Part shown: positions 12,381-25,763 of the stretch, piece after piece
Layout of the letters: each line of letters opens with the position of its first letter
Position numbering within the stretch: position 1 is the first letter of the stretch
The notes under the pieces: generated by a model
The model's input: the letters and a program-made list of their open reading frames with translations, nothing else
What the model was told of the DNA's origin: nothing
The model's database searches: none
Program-made: the position numbers and the translations under genes
Assembly: GCA_001929475.1 (NCBI GenBank)
Contig: LXFE01002252.1
Coordinates: 1 to 61,905, forward strand
Reading direction: 5' to 3'
DNA length: 61,905 bases
DNA from: Neolecta irregularis DAH-3
Lineage: Eukaryota

Positions 12381-14046
12381 TCAGGCATCAGAGGGATCCT
12401 TTTGTTTGTCACCCTGATCATGATCCCCGCTTGTTTTATTTCCTTCCGACGCAAATTTCATGTTTGCAGCAACTGCGGCATTCATAGCCTTGGCTTTGGC
12501 CTCGGCTTCTTTTTTCTTTTCTTTCCCTTTCCTAAACGATTCGTCTCTTGCCATCTGTTCTTTTGTTTCTTCAACCCAAGTCGGAGTCTGTGAAATCAAC
12601 GCGTCAGGCCTATCGTAATGTTGGAGCAATAATCCCTGAAGCTGAGCCATGCTTAATATTTGTTCTGGCATTAGATCAGCAAATTGTCTAGCGTAGTTTG
12701 GCAATTCCACTTTGCTCACCACGTTGAAATAGAATCGTTCAAATATCCTGTATATTTCGTCGCGGGTTGTTAATTTGAATTCGAATTGAAGGTCACAACG
12801 ACCTGGACGAATCAGCGCAGGATCAAGCTTCTCGAGATGTTTTGTAGTCATAACTAAAAGTCGGCCTTCGGCTGCTGCAATTCCATCTATTGCATTTAAA
12901 AGAGCAGACAGCGATACTACTTGATTGGCACTCATCGATGACAACATTTTGTCTGTATCGGTATCATCTCGAGCTGTAGTGACAACATCGATATCTTCTA
13001 TAATAACCAACGATCTTGAAGGAATTTCCGCAAATAATCTGGAAAGGTATGAATCGTACATGTCTCCCATATTCAAACTAAGAACACAAACTTTTAAATT
13101 AAAGTGGCCGGCTAGAGCCATGGCCAGAGAGGTTTTCCCAGTTCCTGGTGGCCCGTAAAATAAATACCCCCGTCGATATGGTAAACCTAAATTATTCTTT
13201 AAATATCTGCACAGAAGGAAATACCTCGTCTGGCATACCATATTTCCGCGTCTTGACTGAGATAACGATCTGCATCTGAAAGGATATTTTTCTCCATTCC
13301 CAGAGGAAGAATAACACTCTCAATTGGTCTTTAAGTTTTACTTTTCAATCGAGACCAATAACAACTATCCATAGCAGCATAAATCTGGGTTTTAGCTCTT
13401 TCCTTGGCCACTAATTGTTCTCGACATTCCATTACAAAAGATTGTAAAAAATTGGGTGTTCGCCCCGCACAAGAAATTTTGAGTGATTCCATGGTTTTAT
13501 CTCTTTGTTTCGGCGTGTGAATTAATGTTAACCCGCTTGATGAATTCTTTTGACTGTCATCGTGCGAAATGGATAATATATGACCGCGATGATAAATCCA
13601 ATGTGTTTCCTCTTTCAAGTTATTGAGAACCGAGAAAAAGCGAACCATTAGAAGGAAGCCAGCGAACAGATGATTCGTCTTTTAATCGTTCGACTTCTCC
13701 AATGGAGTATTCTGCGTCTAAATCGATAGGTCGAAATGTGTTTGCATTGACAACACTGAATTCTCTCGCAGTCTTTGAATATTCATGAGAAACAAGCCAA
13801 TCCTAAACATTCGTTACTGTAGAACTTTTTGACTTGAGGCTACCATGACCCAATGATATGCATCTTCATTTCTAAATCACTTAACGGGGAAGAGAAATCT
13901 GTGTCATAGTGTTCCATTTACCGCACTTACTACACAGTGATTTTCAAAGGTTTCTTTGAAGTTGTACCATGTATATCTCTCCAGTCAGACCCATACTTTA
14001 AAGGAAATAAATACCGCAAGCCAGCAATGGCGGCACCATAAACCAT
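12381..14046 (-). pseudogene. BCS1-like AAA+ ATPase with in-frame TAA at 13331-13333; 5' end uncertain
   Basis: BCS1_N-type segments, RPIESVIL, WYARRG|LPYRRGYLFYGPPGTGKTS, IIEDID, LSALLNAIDG, LDPALIRPGRCD; frame continues across the stop (SKT*RPIESV). Confidence 0.7.
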
Positions 14047-14146
14047 CAAACGTTCAAACACTACCACTAAGCCGAGAAAGACACCACGTCAAAAGTACAA
14101 TTGTGGTCTTTGGAATCATGAATGCCCAGTTGATTTTTCGCAACTT

Positions 14147-14239
14147 TAAGACCAAATGCTATAACAAGCCTAAGTATTTGTATTTGGCTAGGAATATCTA
14201 ACTTGGGCCTTTATATACCTCCCGTCAAGCCACCTTGCC
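14147..14239 (-). repeat. dispersed repeat copy B (inverted relative to 6386-6514)
   Basis: Reverse complement reads ggtggcttgacgg..aagttagatattcctagccaaatacaaatacttaggct..ttggtctta, matching copy A. Confidence 0.8.
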
Positions 14240-14593
14240 GTACTAGTAAAATATACCAAAAGGGTATATATCCTTACACCTGGTAGGAATTATTATATCC
14301 CGTATTCATCCGGGCAAGATATGCGGTATGTCTGCAAATATAACAAAGTCAATCAATAATTTTTGCTATGTTTCGATGTAAGAGTAGAAGCTAACAAAAA
14401 ACATGTGTTAAAATTGAGGCTGTGTTCTTTATGGTCTAATTGCCTTTAAAGTTGAGTAGGCACATTGGCAAAATAATAATCTGAATAATGAATGTCAACA
14501 GACTGACAAGTACACGGAAAACACGAGCAATTGAAGCTATAGCTAGGAAGTTATCTACGTTTACATTTGCAATGGCAAAAATAATGCAAGAAT

Positions 14594-16374
14594 TTAACAC
14601 AACAATCCAGATACCCTTCCAAAGCCATTCTTTGGAGTATTATTTTCCTCTTCTAGGTCTTCTGCAGTGTACGCTCTCGAACCACTAACAACATCCATAT
14701 CATTAAGAGAGACCCATTTCGTTCGTTTGACGATTTTCCAAGCAATGAAAGACACAAGAATGATTGGTGCAGCCAGATATATTTCAAAGAAACTCTTTGC
14801 ATTTGGGGTTCCACCAATGGGCCAAACTGCAGTGTAGAACTGGGCAATTAGACAAAGAATGTTGATCATTAGTCCGATCCATGATCCAATGAGGCCACCT
14901 TGTGATTTGAAAGAGAGTTCATCTAGGGAATAACCTTGATAAGCGAAGCCGGAGCGGAAGCGGATGTGTGCGTAGCAGATACTTCCCCAAGTGAATAGAC
15001 TTGAGAGACCGGAGAGAGCGAGAAGCCAAGTGAAGACTTTGGGTCCTTTATCTGAGCAACTGACGTATGCGATGAATCCGAGGGCACTGGATAAAGCGAG
15101 GGAAACCAATGGTCTTCCTTTTCGATCTACGTAGCGAAAGATTTTAGGGGCTTGACTGCGATCTGCAAGACCAGTCAATGTTCGAGAGGAGGCGTAGATT
15201 GAGGAATTCCCGACAGATAGAACAGCGACCAAGATAACAGCGTTGAAAATATCCGGGAGAATTTTAACTCCAGCATTGTTGATCGCGATGACGAATGGGG
15301 AAGTGTTGATATCAACAGAAGAAGACGGATTTAAAAGACGATTGTCGGTATATGGAACAATAAGGCCAACGATAAACAATGAAATGATGTAGAAACTTTC
15401 AATTAGGTTTAGCATGGAAGGAAAAAATACAGCGTAATACGCCAAAACACTTGTTTGATGGCTTTTGGAAGAGATTTTCGAGGATTTGCGGCCTCGGCTG
15501 CAGCTAAACCTACGAGTTCTGTGCCGGCGAATGCAAATGCAGCATTTACAAAGACGGCACAAATGCCTTTGAATCCATTTGCCAAAGGACCTGGGTCTCT
15601 CCAGAGTTTCCCGCCGATATAACTACCGTGTGGGGTGCCTCCGACATTGTAGATGATTCCTTAAAGTCAATGAGGGAAAGAGACACGACAGTATACCAAA
15701 TAGGATGAAACCGACAACAGCAACCACCTTGATGATCGCAAATGCAAATTCTGCTTCACCGTAGCCCTTAACGCCGATTAAATTGATTGAAATGACAGTG
15801 GCTAGAAAGATGGTGATCCAGACGCCTACGTTAATGGTGGAGTGCCAGTATCTAATGGTCAGGGCAGAAGCGGTAAGTTCGAGCGGCAGCACGACGAGCC
15901 ATTGCAACGCATAACTAGACGTTCAGTATGTTTCAATTAAGCGAAAAGGTACTTCCAGCCCATTGCAAAACCCCACGCAGGATCAATAAAACGAGTCGAG
16001 TAAATATTAAACCCGCCAGAAATGGGAAAGCGAACTGCGAGTTCGCCCAAAGCATTGACCACGCAAAACATCATAATTCCAATAATCATGAAACTCAAAA
16101 GAAGTCCCAATGGTCCGCCCTGGCTTAACGAAGCACCTGAGCCGATAAAGAGGCCTGTGCCGATGCTTCCTCCAATGGCAATCATCTGCATATGGCGGCC
16201 CTGGAGTTTCCTCGCAAGCGGAGCCTCGACCGAACCTTCGCTTTCGTCTCTTTCTATTGGACGGAAATCGCTGAGCAAGCGGCTGTACCAGGATTGCGGG
16301 ATGTCGCTGGTGGTGCCCACCTCGAGGGAGGATTGAACTGGACCGTCATGGCGTTTCTCTGGTTCTGCAGCCAT
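14594..16374 (-). CDS. amino acid permease (APC/YAT family, Gap1-like)
   Basis: LQGRHMQMIAIGGSIGTGLFIGSG, RFIDPAWGFAMGW, SPFVIAI, WLLALSGLS; many TM segments. Confidence 0.93.
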
Positions 16375-17520
16375 GATGGGAAAGGGAGAGCAAGAATCGA
16401 GGATAAAGGGAGATCTGGGTATTTGTAATTAGTGGGGCGAAATTAAGGCAGCATGACGATCTCTGCCAATTTGTCGGTTGCCTCGCTGGCTGGTGGCTGC
16501 CCTGCATCAACCTGTATATCCAATTTAGTGTAGTGTCTGAGGCTGTGCCCTTCTGCCAGAATAGTGGAGCATTGCCAACCAGGTTGCCAGGATAGAGGAG
16601 CATTCGCGGTTCTGATAGCATACAGTGCATCTGCACATCTATAACTGACGATCTCGCCTGTTTCGCTCTCCGGACCAAAATAGCAGAACAAGTCTGTTTT
16701 TAGTTTTAGTCTTTTCGCATGACCTTTTTTTAGCGAGATTCGGATAGCGGCATCCTCGATAGTCGGGAGTATGCGGAGCACTGAGTCACTAGGTAGATTC
16801 CAGGGGCTTGTGACTTCCTGTTCTTCCTTTTTTGTCGAGTTAAACTTTCTGCCAGCGTAGAGGATGTGCTCAGCAGGAATATATAGCTAGGCAGCTTTTC
16901 CGTTTCTTAGATAGCAGAATATAACCCATTTCTTTTTCTCGACATCATCAAAAGCCAAACAGAACCCTAGCTCTTCAGACAGTAGATCTGTGTGTCAACC
17001 CTCACCGCTAATAATGTAAACAGTACCAGATACCTCAACAATTTCCATTTACAAATAGAAAATCAGATTATTGCATTATCACAGCAAACCCTCCGATGCA
17101 TTACCAATACCGAAACAGAACTTCCTGAATTATCGCAGAGTCTTGCCTTCTAGTGTCACCCGGCTAGTTGCAGTGTATTTGTGCCGTACTGGAATAGAGC
17201 GGGGGCGGAAATGCTAACGCCTCCAAACTCTCCATACAGCTTTCCCTTTCTTCCTTTTCATCCCATGATCTGGCAGACAAGGAATTCTCATCTAGTTGGT
17301 TCGTATGATCGCTCGTAGCTTGACTAGCGTATTAAGTTAACTCCGCTAACTGGCTCTTCTTTGAGCCTCCTATAATGCCTTACTGCCCTCCAAACTACTT
17401 ATATGACTCTTGGTAAAGCATATATGAATGTGCTATACTATTCCATATATATTAGTCGCGTCTTGGCTACCATCTGTTATTCTCAGCATATTCGTTGTAA
17501 TATTCTTGTCCCACATCTCA

Positions 17521-17561
17521 TGGGATTTTCCCGCGCGGGTTCAAATCCTGTGTTGTCGCCA
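17521..17561 (+). pseudogene. 3' half of a tRNA-Ser-like sequence ending in GCCA; 5' half not found
   Basis: Variable arm ggga-ttt-tccc, T-arm gcggg-ttcaaat-cctgt, then gttgtc-g-cca. Confidence 0.5.
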
Positions 17562-18152
17562 ATGTAACACGTAGGCTGCAGTTGTCGAGCTTTGCAGACT
17601 TAGACGACTTGGATAAAAACGAGAAAACAGATTGTTAGATTACTTTGCTGGATGGATAGAGCATTATTCACCTGTCCTACTAGCAAGCACCTACAGGTTT
17701 AAGAAATAGCCGTGTCGGTTATAGAAATCTAGACTCTGACTAAAGGAAAAACCAAACAAGAGACCCCTTTTCCAAAAGATTACTATATCATTTTCGCGCC
17801 ACACACATCACACATGATAGAATGGTTATCCCTCTTATGACGTTTTGCTAGCTAGACTTTTCGCCCGTTATGTCATTATTGCTCATATTCCCCTTGTAAG
17901 ATTCCTTTTTAGATCGTCTAGTCTCTTTTTGTCCTTTGGGTCTTATCAGACGCCATAATTCTACACAAAATTTAACAAGTCATTAGAATAAATATCAATA
18001 TATCTAGATTTTTTCTTAACAATTGCTCTTGCCAATCTCTTTGTCAATTGGGTAATACTTGCTGTGGGGGAAAGTTTGCACCAAAAGTTCCACGTCAATA
18101 ACCCCAACCAACATCGACAAACCTCAAAGTTTATATTTTTCGCAACCTCTCG

Positions 18153-21100
18153 ATGAGCTCTGGCGTTGCAGCCAATTCGCGGCAATGGTCAGCAGAGTTT
18201 TATCGACCGCTTCACGAAACTTTATTGGAACTTGCCTCAGGTGCAGTATTTTCCGAGTCCTCCCTACACCAGTTCTTGGAACCATATCGAGACCATCTCG
18301 CAAACTTTTTGGACCATCCTCAAAAGAATGATTTTTCGAGAAAAAAAGTTCAAGAAGGTAGACTTTCCCACCTTGAATAGCAAGCATTGATCATCAGGAA
18401 AGGTTCAAGTCGATGACCAGGAATTTCAATTAAATACCGAATTCATCAACCAAGTCCTCTACCTCTCCGATCGCTTGAATCTTGATGAAGTCATTGCGGC
18501 GACTGTTATACTTCATGGGACCAAACAGTCAAAAGCATACGATCGACCAGTTCTACAAAGCGCAACCTTTCTACATTTTTCTCGCCGGCAGTATATACTC
18601 GAATGCCTAGTCCTCCTATTCCGTATTTTTTCACAACAAGATATAGATAAAGAAGTCAGGTTTGTGATAGACAAATTTATAGCGAAATTATATTCTGCAA
18701 AACAGGGCAGGACGTTTATTCAGAGGTGTATCGAAGGGATGGATTCAATAACAAACTTGTTTAGCGATATAGCCGAATCAGAGAGACGAACAGCAATGCT
18801 TGGATTCAGTGAATTTGATTCTTTATCGGAAGATGTCACATTACAGAAGAATTTGCTACGCAAGGAACAACAAGCTCTGGGTTTGTTGTTATTCTTTGGC
18901 GCAGAATGTTCTGTGACTCAAGTTTTGGACTTTGAGTTCATGTTCAATTGGTTCTCGACCAAGGATCTATTTGACCCAGCTACAGTCTGTGTCCTTCCGT
19001 CTTTGATGTCATACATCCAAAATTTGACACCGCGCGAGAAAGTATCTTATATTCAAAAGAAAACAACAGAGGAAATGAGAAGAATTTACAAACAGGTACA
19101 AACGTCCATATCTGCGAAATTGGCGAAAGAATGTTCTAGCATTGCTTGCAAATTTGTATCGGTCGTTTGGTTCACTCTCTTTAATGGATTTTGCCAAGAA
19201 GATATTCAGTTTGCTAAAGACTTTAACTACTTGAGAGATATTTGCGAACCCACGATCATGGCGATCAAATCTGGAATATTCGACTACGCGATATCCCTCG
19301 TTCTCAATTTCTACAGAGATCCATCGATACATTTTTTGCCTAGAATAAGTTGGAGCAAGTTCATCGACCAGCGACAGCTCATAAACCTTCCTGAAACAGT
19401 TGGAGTCTCATTTCTTTCTCATATTCCTGAGATTACAAACTTGCTACTTCTACAATTCAAAGTTTTCGTCGATGATTTTGTGGACAATTTAGCCGATATC
19501 CTGAAACAATTACGACTTGCCGAAGAAGACAATGAGTTATCACGGCCGTCCCCATCCCCTTCATCTACTGAAGAAGAATCCCGTCAGAATTACGACTTGG
19601 AAACTTTCTTCCTTCTCATCGCATCGTTATATGAATGCCAACTAGACAGCGCATCCCATATTTGGCGAGATCACGATGGTAATTTCTTTGGATTTTTATT
19701 ATGGGCAGCGCAGTCACATACACCCATGATGATTTGGTCGTTCACCGAATTGTTATGTTCTTTATCACACGGAGCCGAGTCTGCCCAAGCGGTGTTTCGT
19801 TTACTTTCCGATCCCCATATGATTGACGGAAGCAAAAATCGTCCGGGAATGATTCTTTCATGGCAATATACCCTCGACGCATTGAATTACTACTCGAATC
19901 AATTACGCCCTCCGATGGCTGTTCATGGTAGTATAATACCGCTTAGAGAGAACACAGAACTGGACGGTGAAAGCACAAAGTTGATTGGATCATATTTGCA
20001 TTTAATTGCGGTGATATTGACATACTGCGAGGATGCGAGAACATCTCTGAATAACCAATCTCAGAGCACGCAGACAACAGCTCCATCCCAGGGAATCCTA
20101 AGAATCTTGTTTGATCTGTTGAGTTGTAAATTACCCTCCGACTTGGTTGCCGGAAAATTTAACTGTATTCGGATACTTGCTCGACACTCGAGTATCGAAG
20201 AACGGCATTTAATATGGAGTGTACTTGACCAATGGGTTCTCGGTTCACTCAATCAACTTCCCGCGTCAAAATATCCTCTTGCATCGGTTCGTTTACGAAA
20301 TCGGAATGAGCCCAATACAGGCCCCCCACATTTGATGTGGTTATTTCATTCCACAATAGAAGTTTATTCTTTTCTGGAATTGCTGGATGTTTTGTTGGAA
20401 CCAATTGCGGTTGATGGGAAATTACAATTGCCATTCCCGGATCAGTTGGGAGATACGACTCGATCTACGGGAATCCAACCGTATCTGGATTTTGTGTTTG
20501 CGATTGCGATTGACTCGGCGCTTCAACTGCCTTTTCCTTTGGACTCACACGAACCTACGCAGACTGACCTCGGCGCTTTAAGCATAAGAATCATTCGCAC
20601 ATGTCTCAAGTCGTTAGACCTGCGCATTTTCAAGTTTGCAGATCTACCAGGCATCGATCTAGACTCAATAGTTTCTGGAAAGACCTATGACGAGTACCTT
20701 TGCCATCATCCTGGATCATTGCTCTTTAAATTACTCATGAGCAGGGACCTATTTTCAGCATTTTTAGATGTTTTGACAATTGGTATCGATAGGATAGAGG
20801 AACAACTTGACCGGTCACCTCTAGTCTCTTGTGTTAAAGATGCTCTAGACATCCTCTACTTCCTTCTTTCTTACCAGGATCCATTCAGAGAAATTGTCCT
20901 TCCTCAGATTAACTCCAGATCGCTCTCGGGCCCAATAACCGCGGCAGTAATTTCCGAAGACCTCGAGATCGTACTCGCTTATCGAAACGAAGTAATTGTA
21001 CATATCGCATTATACCTTGGTTCTCGGTATGATTCAATTTCCTCAGCAGCAATGGACATCCTTGTGGGTGTATCAACACACGAAGCTCGAGCAGCAAAAC

Positions 21101-23326
21101 AACAGCATAAATTCGTAGACTTGTTCGCAACGGCAGATGAATCGAGGCGTATTCAATTCGGATTCATGGATAAGTTAAACACCGAAAATATGACTTGGAA
21201 TGACAACATTTCAAGAGAATGTTTATCGGTCTATGGCCGACGAAAAACTCCTAAAGAACATTTATTATTTGGTCTTGATCGTATTTTGGAAACAGACAGG
21301 GAAAATCCTACGATTTCCCATTTCTTACTCGGTTATAACGTAACTGGACTTTATCCAACTCCCCTTGAACTCGGTTCCAATACCAAAGAGTCGGGAATTT
21401 CGGGCCTTCATTGCATTCTCAAATTAGTGGGTTTAAATCTTGAATCGCCTGAGATATGGAACGAAGTTGCTGAAGATTTCGAAGAGCATTATGTTCGAGA
21501 TATTTCATGGCAGATTTTGAATCACCTCTGTCGTTCGGAATTATCTAGTTTATCTACACTAGATTTCCTTCGTAGTCACGAGGCTCGGATTTACGAACAG
21601 CTATGTGTTGGCCTGTCATCTTTGCCTTTTGAGACAATTATTCAAGACTTGATTAATGTTTCTTTAGAATCAACTTCTGACAAGATTCTCGAAACAGTTC
21701 GTGCGGGATCACTGTTACTCCACCAGCGAAGCATTCTGCTAGATATGCTTTCGCTTGAGATTCGTTCAACGACTAGTCAAGGGTTTGTCAGTGCTGTAGA
21801 TCGAATCATTCGGTATCTGATTCCACCTTCGTCACAACAATTGCAAATCATGACCCGACAACAGAGCTTGAAGATCTCAGAGGTCACAGATTTCCTCGAT
21901 TTCTCCAAAATGATGATGGAAGCCATTTCCTTCCCACCAGAATTAGCACATCAGGATTATTCCAGCTGTATCACTCGAACGGCTGAGGGTGTGCCTATCA
22001 TTGATATTGAAGCATGGGATAAAATCAACGATTTACGGAAACTTTCCAATCCTCAACTGGAAAAGTCATCTCAAGCCAAATTCATCAGTGCTCTCACGCT
22101 CCGCAACGTCTTTGCTCTGGCAAAGTCCCACACTATCCAGGCGTCAACTGCCTGGTCCCGTCTGCTCGGGATAATCATTGATTCGAATATCCATGACAAT
22201 GTCGAAATTGGGGCGAAGGAAGAACTCGTCTCGAGTATTTTATATCTCGTAATTCCAAAAATCATTCACCTTTCCGAACTCGATAATTCCCTGATCGATA
22301 TTGCATCAAGTACCCTTGCAAATCTAGGTCGATATTCAGAAAAATACAATCATAATAAACCCGCGAATAATCCAATCATGGATATTTTCAAAGCTGTCTC
22401 ACTAGCTGCGTGCAATTCCCGGACCTCGGCAGATGCGAAATACAATCTTTACACCGCATCATATTTCATCTTCAGAACTTCCTCGCCTGACAAAAAATTC
22501 GAGTTACTTGGGATTTGTAGCGATCGGTTTGTTGAGATTGTTTGTCAAGATATTTTATATAACGAGGGAGCTGCACAGTTTATGGCATTGTTATTTCTTG
22601 GTCATATTGTCGACACAGCTCAACACTTCAAAGTCGATCGTATTTTTGAAGACCTTACCCGTCACAATTTTCTTCAAAATTTCATCAAATCTCTGAGGGA
22701 TTGTCGGGAATGGGATGTTCAGAACTTTGATGGATATGGTATTTCTCTGATCTTGCATAACAGTCATAATTCGTTTAGACATTTCTGTTGATGTTGGAGG
22801 ATATGAGACAAAGATGGACATACTTTTATCAGTTTCAAAATCTCCGGTCGGATCCAGGCAATTGCTTCGATCAGGATTCTTTGACGTCATGAAATCTATA
22901 GTTCCAATTCACAGCGTAGATCTATCGAACCTTCAAGGTATTTTTTACTCTGATATATGGTATTAATTTACGCAGACACCACTGATAGAAAACGGTCACT
23001 GATGTACACCCAGACGATAGCTCCTGTATTCGCTGTTGTCGTATCATTAGGAACGACGCTTGGCCCACAACACCGAATTATGAAAGAACACATTGGATCA
23101 TTTATATCAGACCACATCGACCTCGTACGTGTGGCCTTGAAACGGATGTTTAGAGGGGGTGATAACCGAGCTGACGAGGCTTCACAGCGGGCCTTTAAAA
23201 TCATTTCAATGGCCATGTTGCTCGCCGATATTGGCTCCATCAACGAAAAGGTATAACCAAACTACTGTTCGTCATGCTCAATTACAGGCCCCTAAGGGAG
23301 GCAAGGCTAATGTAATACTTGTGTAA
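18153..23326 (+). CDS. NUP192: inner-ring nucleoporin Nup192/Nup205 (S. pombe Nup186-like)
   Basis: About 1650-aa helical protein with LNLDEVIAA, FSRRQYILECL, DLETFFLLIASLY, LPFPDQLG..GIQPYLDFVF, PTISHFLLGY. Confidence 0.88.
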
Positions 23327-23412
23327 GCGGGAAAACTATTGAGAAGGGGCATGAATTGATATTGAAGAATATATAGAAGTGCATTGACAAGGTACCTATC
23401 TAATAAAGGATT

Positions 23413-24681
23413 TCAAGACATATATCTTATCTCCAATCCTACATTTCCAAAAGGCGATTTGTGATTCGCTAAATCCATGCTTACTCCAAAATTTATCAAC
23501 ACTTTCTTCATCCTCCCTTCCCAGGCCAATCCAGTATTCATGTTGCTGTCAATACGAGCCTTTAAGACGCCAGTGATCTCCTCGCCATCTCTTTGCCATA
23601 ATTCACAACCGAGAGTCAAGTCACTTTGATAGGAAAATAGGTTGAAATTGATGCGTGAGCAAAGTGAGGTGTCTCGGGTAGCCTTGTTAGCGTATGTGGC
23701 TGAGAAATGACCCATCAATGGGTTTAGTGTCATTGTCATAGTGATGGGAGTCTTTGACTGACTTCGAAGTGTTGTATATCTTAGACCGGTGGATACTTCT
23801 TGTGAATATCACTGAAGTACAGTTGCAATCTTACCTCCTCCACTTTTATGCAAAGCACCGTAATAAACTTCTGCACCGATACTTAACTGTCCCGACAAAT
23901 CCATGTCCTCAGAGATGCCACTAGTTGATTGAATTGCTTCTCGAGGATCGGATCTAAAATTCCACAAGCCGCGTAGACCGAGCATTGCTTCATCAGTACT
24001 GTAGATACCTTCAGTAAACAGTCTTCCAGAGTCTCTTTGCAGAATTGCTGTTAGCTTATTTATGTCAATAATATATTCCTCATGCTTATTGACATACCGT
24101 TCCTCCATTGTAAAGCCGTTTATCGCTTACACATGTTAATAAGACCTGGGTGATCGGCGACAATCTCCCCGCATAGAGCGCCTCCACTCTTTTCCCCAGC
24201 AGAAATACTCGGCCATACATTAATGAATCTATAGAATCAGAGCTAGATGCCAATATGATTGCATATGCCTCTACAACCAGACGACGTCCTGATTTTCGGG
24301 CCAAAGTTGTCAATAACATCGAAACAAGGACCAATTATCCGATATCCATCTATAACATTTCGCAATTCCACCTTTTCCGATTTTTGAAGCTCGTTTAATG
24401 ATCGTGTACAGGAGAGATATGCCAAAGACCCATCGAGATTTGGCAAAGCATTAATTTGTGCCGAAGAAACCATATTTTCAGACGGATATGAAGAGACATT
24501 GACATCCATGCCATTGGGAATAGAGAAGTCAAGGAGAGCTAAAGTCTTAGTCCCAAACTTTGCGTATCAAAGGATTCAAAGCGCCTTTCGATGTTGCAGT
24601 CAAGTTCGAATAAGAATTGTCATAGTTCCATCCCGTAGTCTTGTAAAACGTCCGAAGCACATATTCCATGATATTCAACAT
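23413..24681 (-). CDS. MDM10: ERMES/SAM beta-barrel subunit Mdm10
   Basis: FYKTTGWNYDNSYSNLT, LDFSIPNG, DGSLAYL, LNPLMGHFSATY, SRINFNLFSYQSDL, WEGRMK. Confidence 0.93.
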
Positions 24682-24832
24682 TATCCCAATGATTCCCTCA
24701 AACCCCCAATCGAATCAATCGTATCGGTTTGTGACCGAATGGTGGAGTTGATATTAATTCACGTGAGAGGGTTTAGAAAAATTCCATGGTCGCATGGTAG
24801 AATGACTAGAATCTACTCTACACAATTTGAAT

Positions 24833-25689
24833 ATGCCCAAATCGAAACGGTCGAAACTTGGTATGAGTCTTCCCTGTACCGATGAGTCTTGCCAACATCG
24901 AGGGTAGTTTCTTTAACAAAGACAGAGAAAAAAGGCCGGGAAGGAAAGGAAAATCTCTTTTCATTGGTTCGGACTACTATCGATGTGCATGACTATGTTG
25001 GTTCATATTATACTATGCCGATGGTCTAATTTACATGCAGTGCTGGGTTTTCTCTGTAGACAATATGCGGAATAATACCCTGAAAGAGATTCGCATGGAA
25101 TGGAAGGACAGTCGAATATTTTTCGGTCGGACAAAAGTCATGGCGAAAGCTTTAGGCACAACACCTCAAGATGAAGTGAAGAACAATGTTTGTAAGCTTT
25201 CAAAGGTAAACTTGGGATTTTCAAAATTGTTTTACTTATTATTTTTAGCTATTGGTGGGAGATGTTGGTTTATTGCTCACCTCGCGTTCCCCACAAACGG
25301 TCATCGATTGGTTCGATTCATTCGTACGCACTGACTTTGCCCGTGCTGGTATCATTAGCCCTCGAACAATCATTGTTGGTAAAGGACCTCTATATTTGCA
25401 AGGTGGGCAAGTTCTCAGCGAAGAAGATGCTCTTGTATCTCCTCAGATGGAACCTACATTTCGCAAGTTGGGCATGACTACAGCTTTAGAGAAAGGAGTA
25501 GTTACCCTTTTGGAGGATTTTATTGTCTGTACGGAAGGAAAACCTCTGGACAGCAATCAAACACAGTTGCTCAAGTTGTTTGGGATTGCGCTCGCCCAAT
25601 TCAAACTTCGACTGACAGGATACTGGGAAAAATCAAGCCAAAAAGTTACCTTTGTTGAAAAAGAGCAACCAGATATTATGGAATCATAA
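24833..25689 (+). CDS. MRT4: ribosome assembly factor Mrt4
   Basis: MPKSKRSKL, VDNMRN, SRIFFGRTKVMAKALG, DFARAG, MEPTFRKLG, QLLKLFG. Confidence 0.95.
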
Positions 25690-25763
25690 GTTCTTGTCCC
25701 GAATAAACATGTATAATAGTATCTTTGGATTATGTTATCGTTCGTGACCTTAACTCCAACAAC

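Noticed and set aside
16375..17000. Nitrogen-regulated GATAAG cluster upstream of the permease
   Set aside because: Only scattered GATA cores, not above chance by eye
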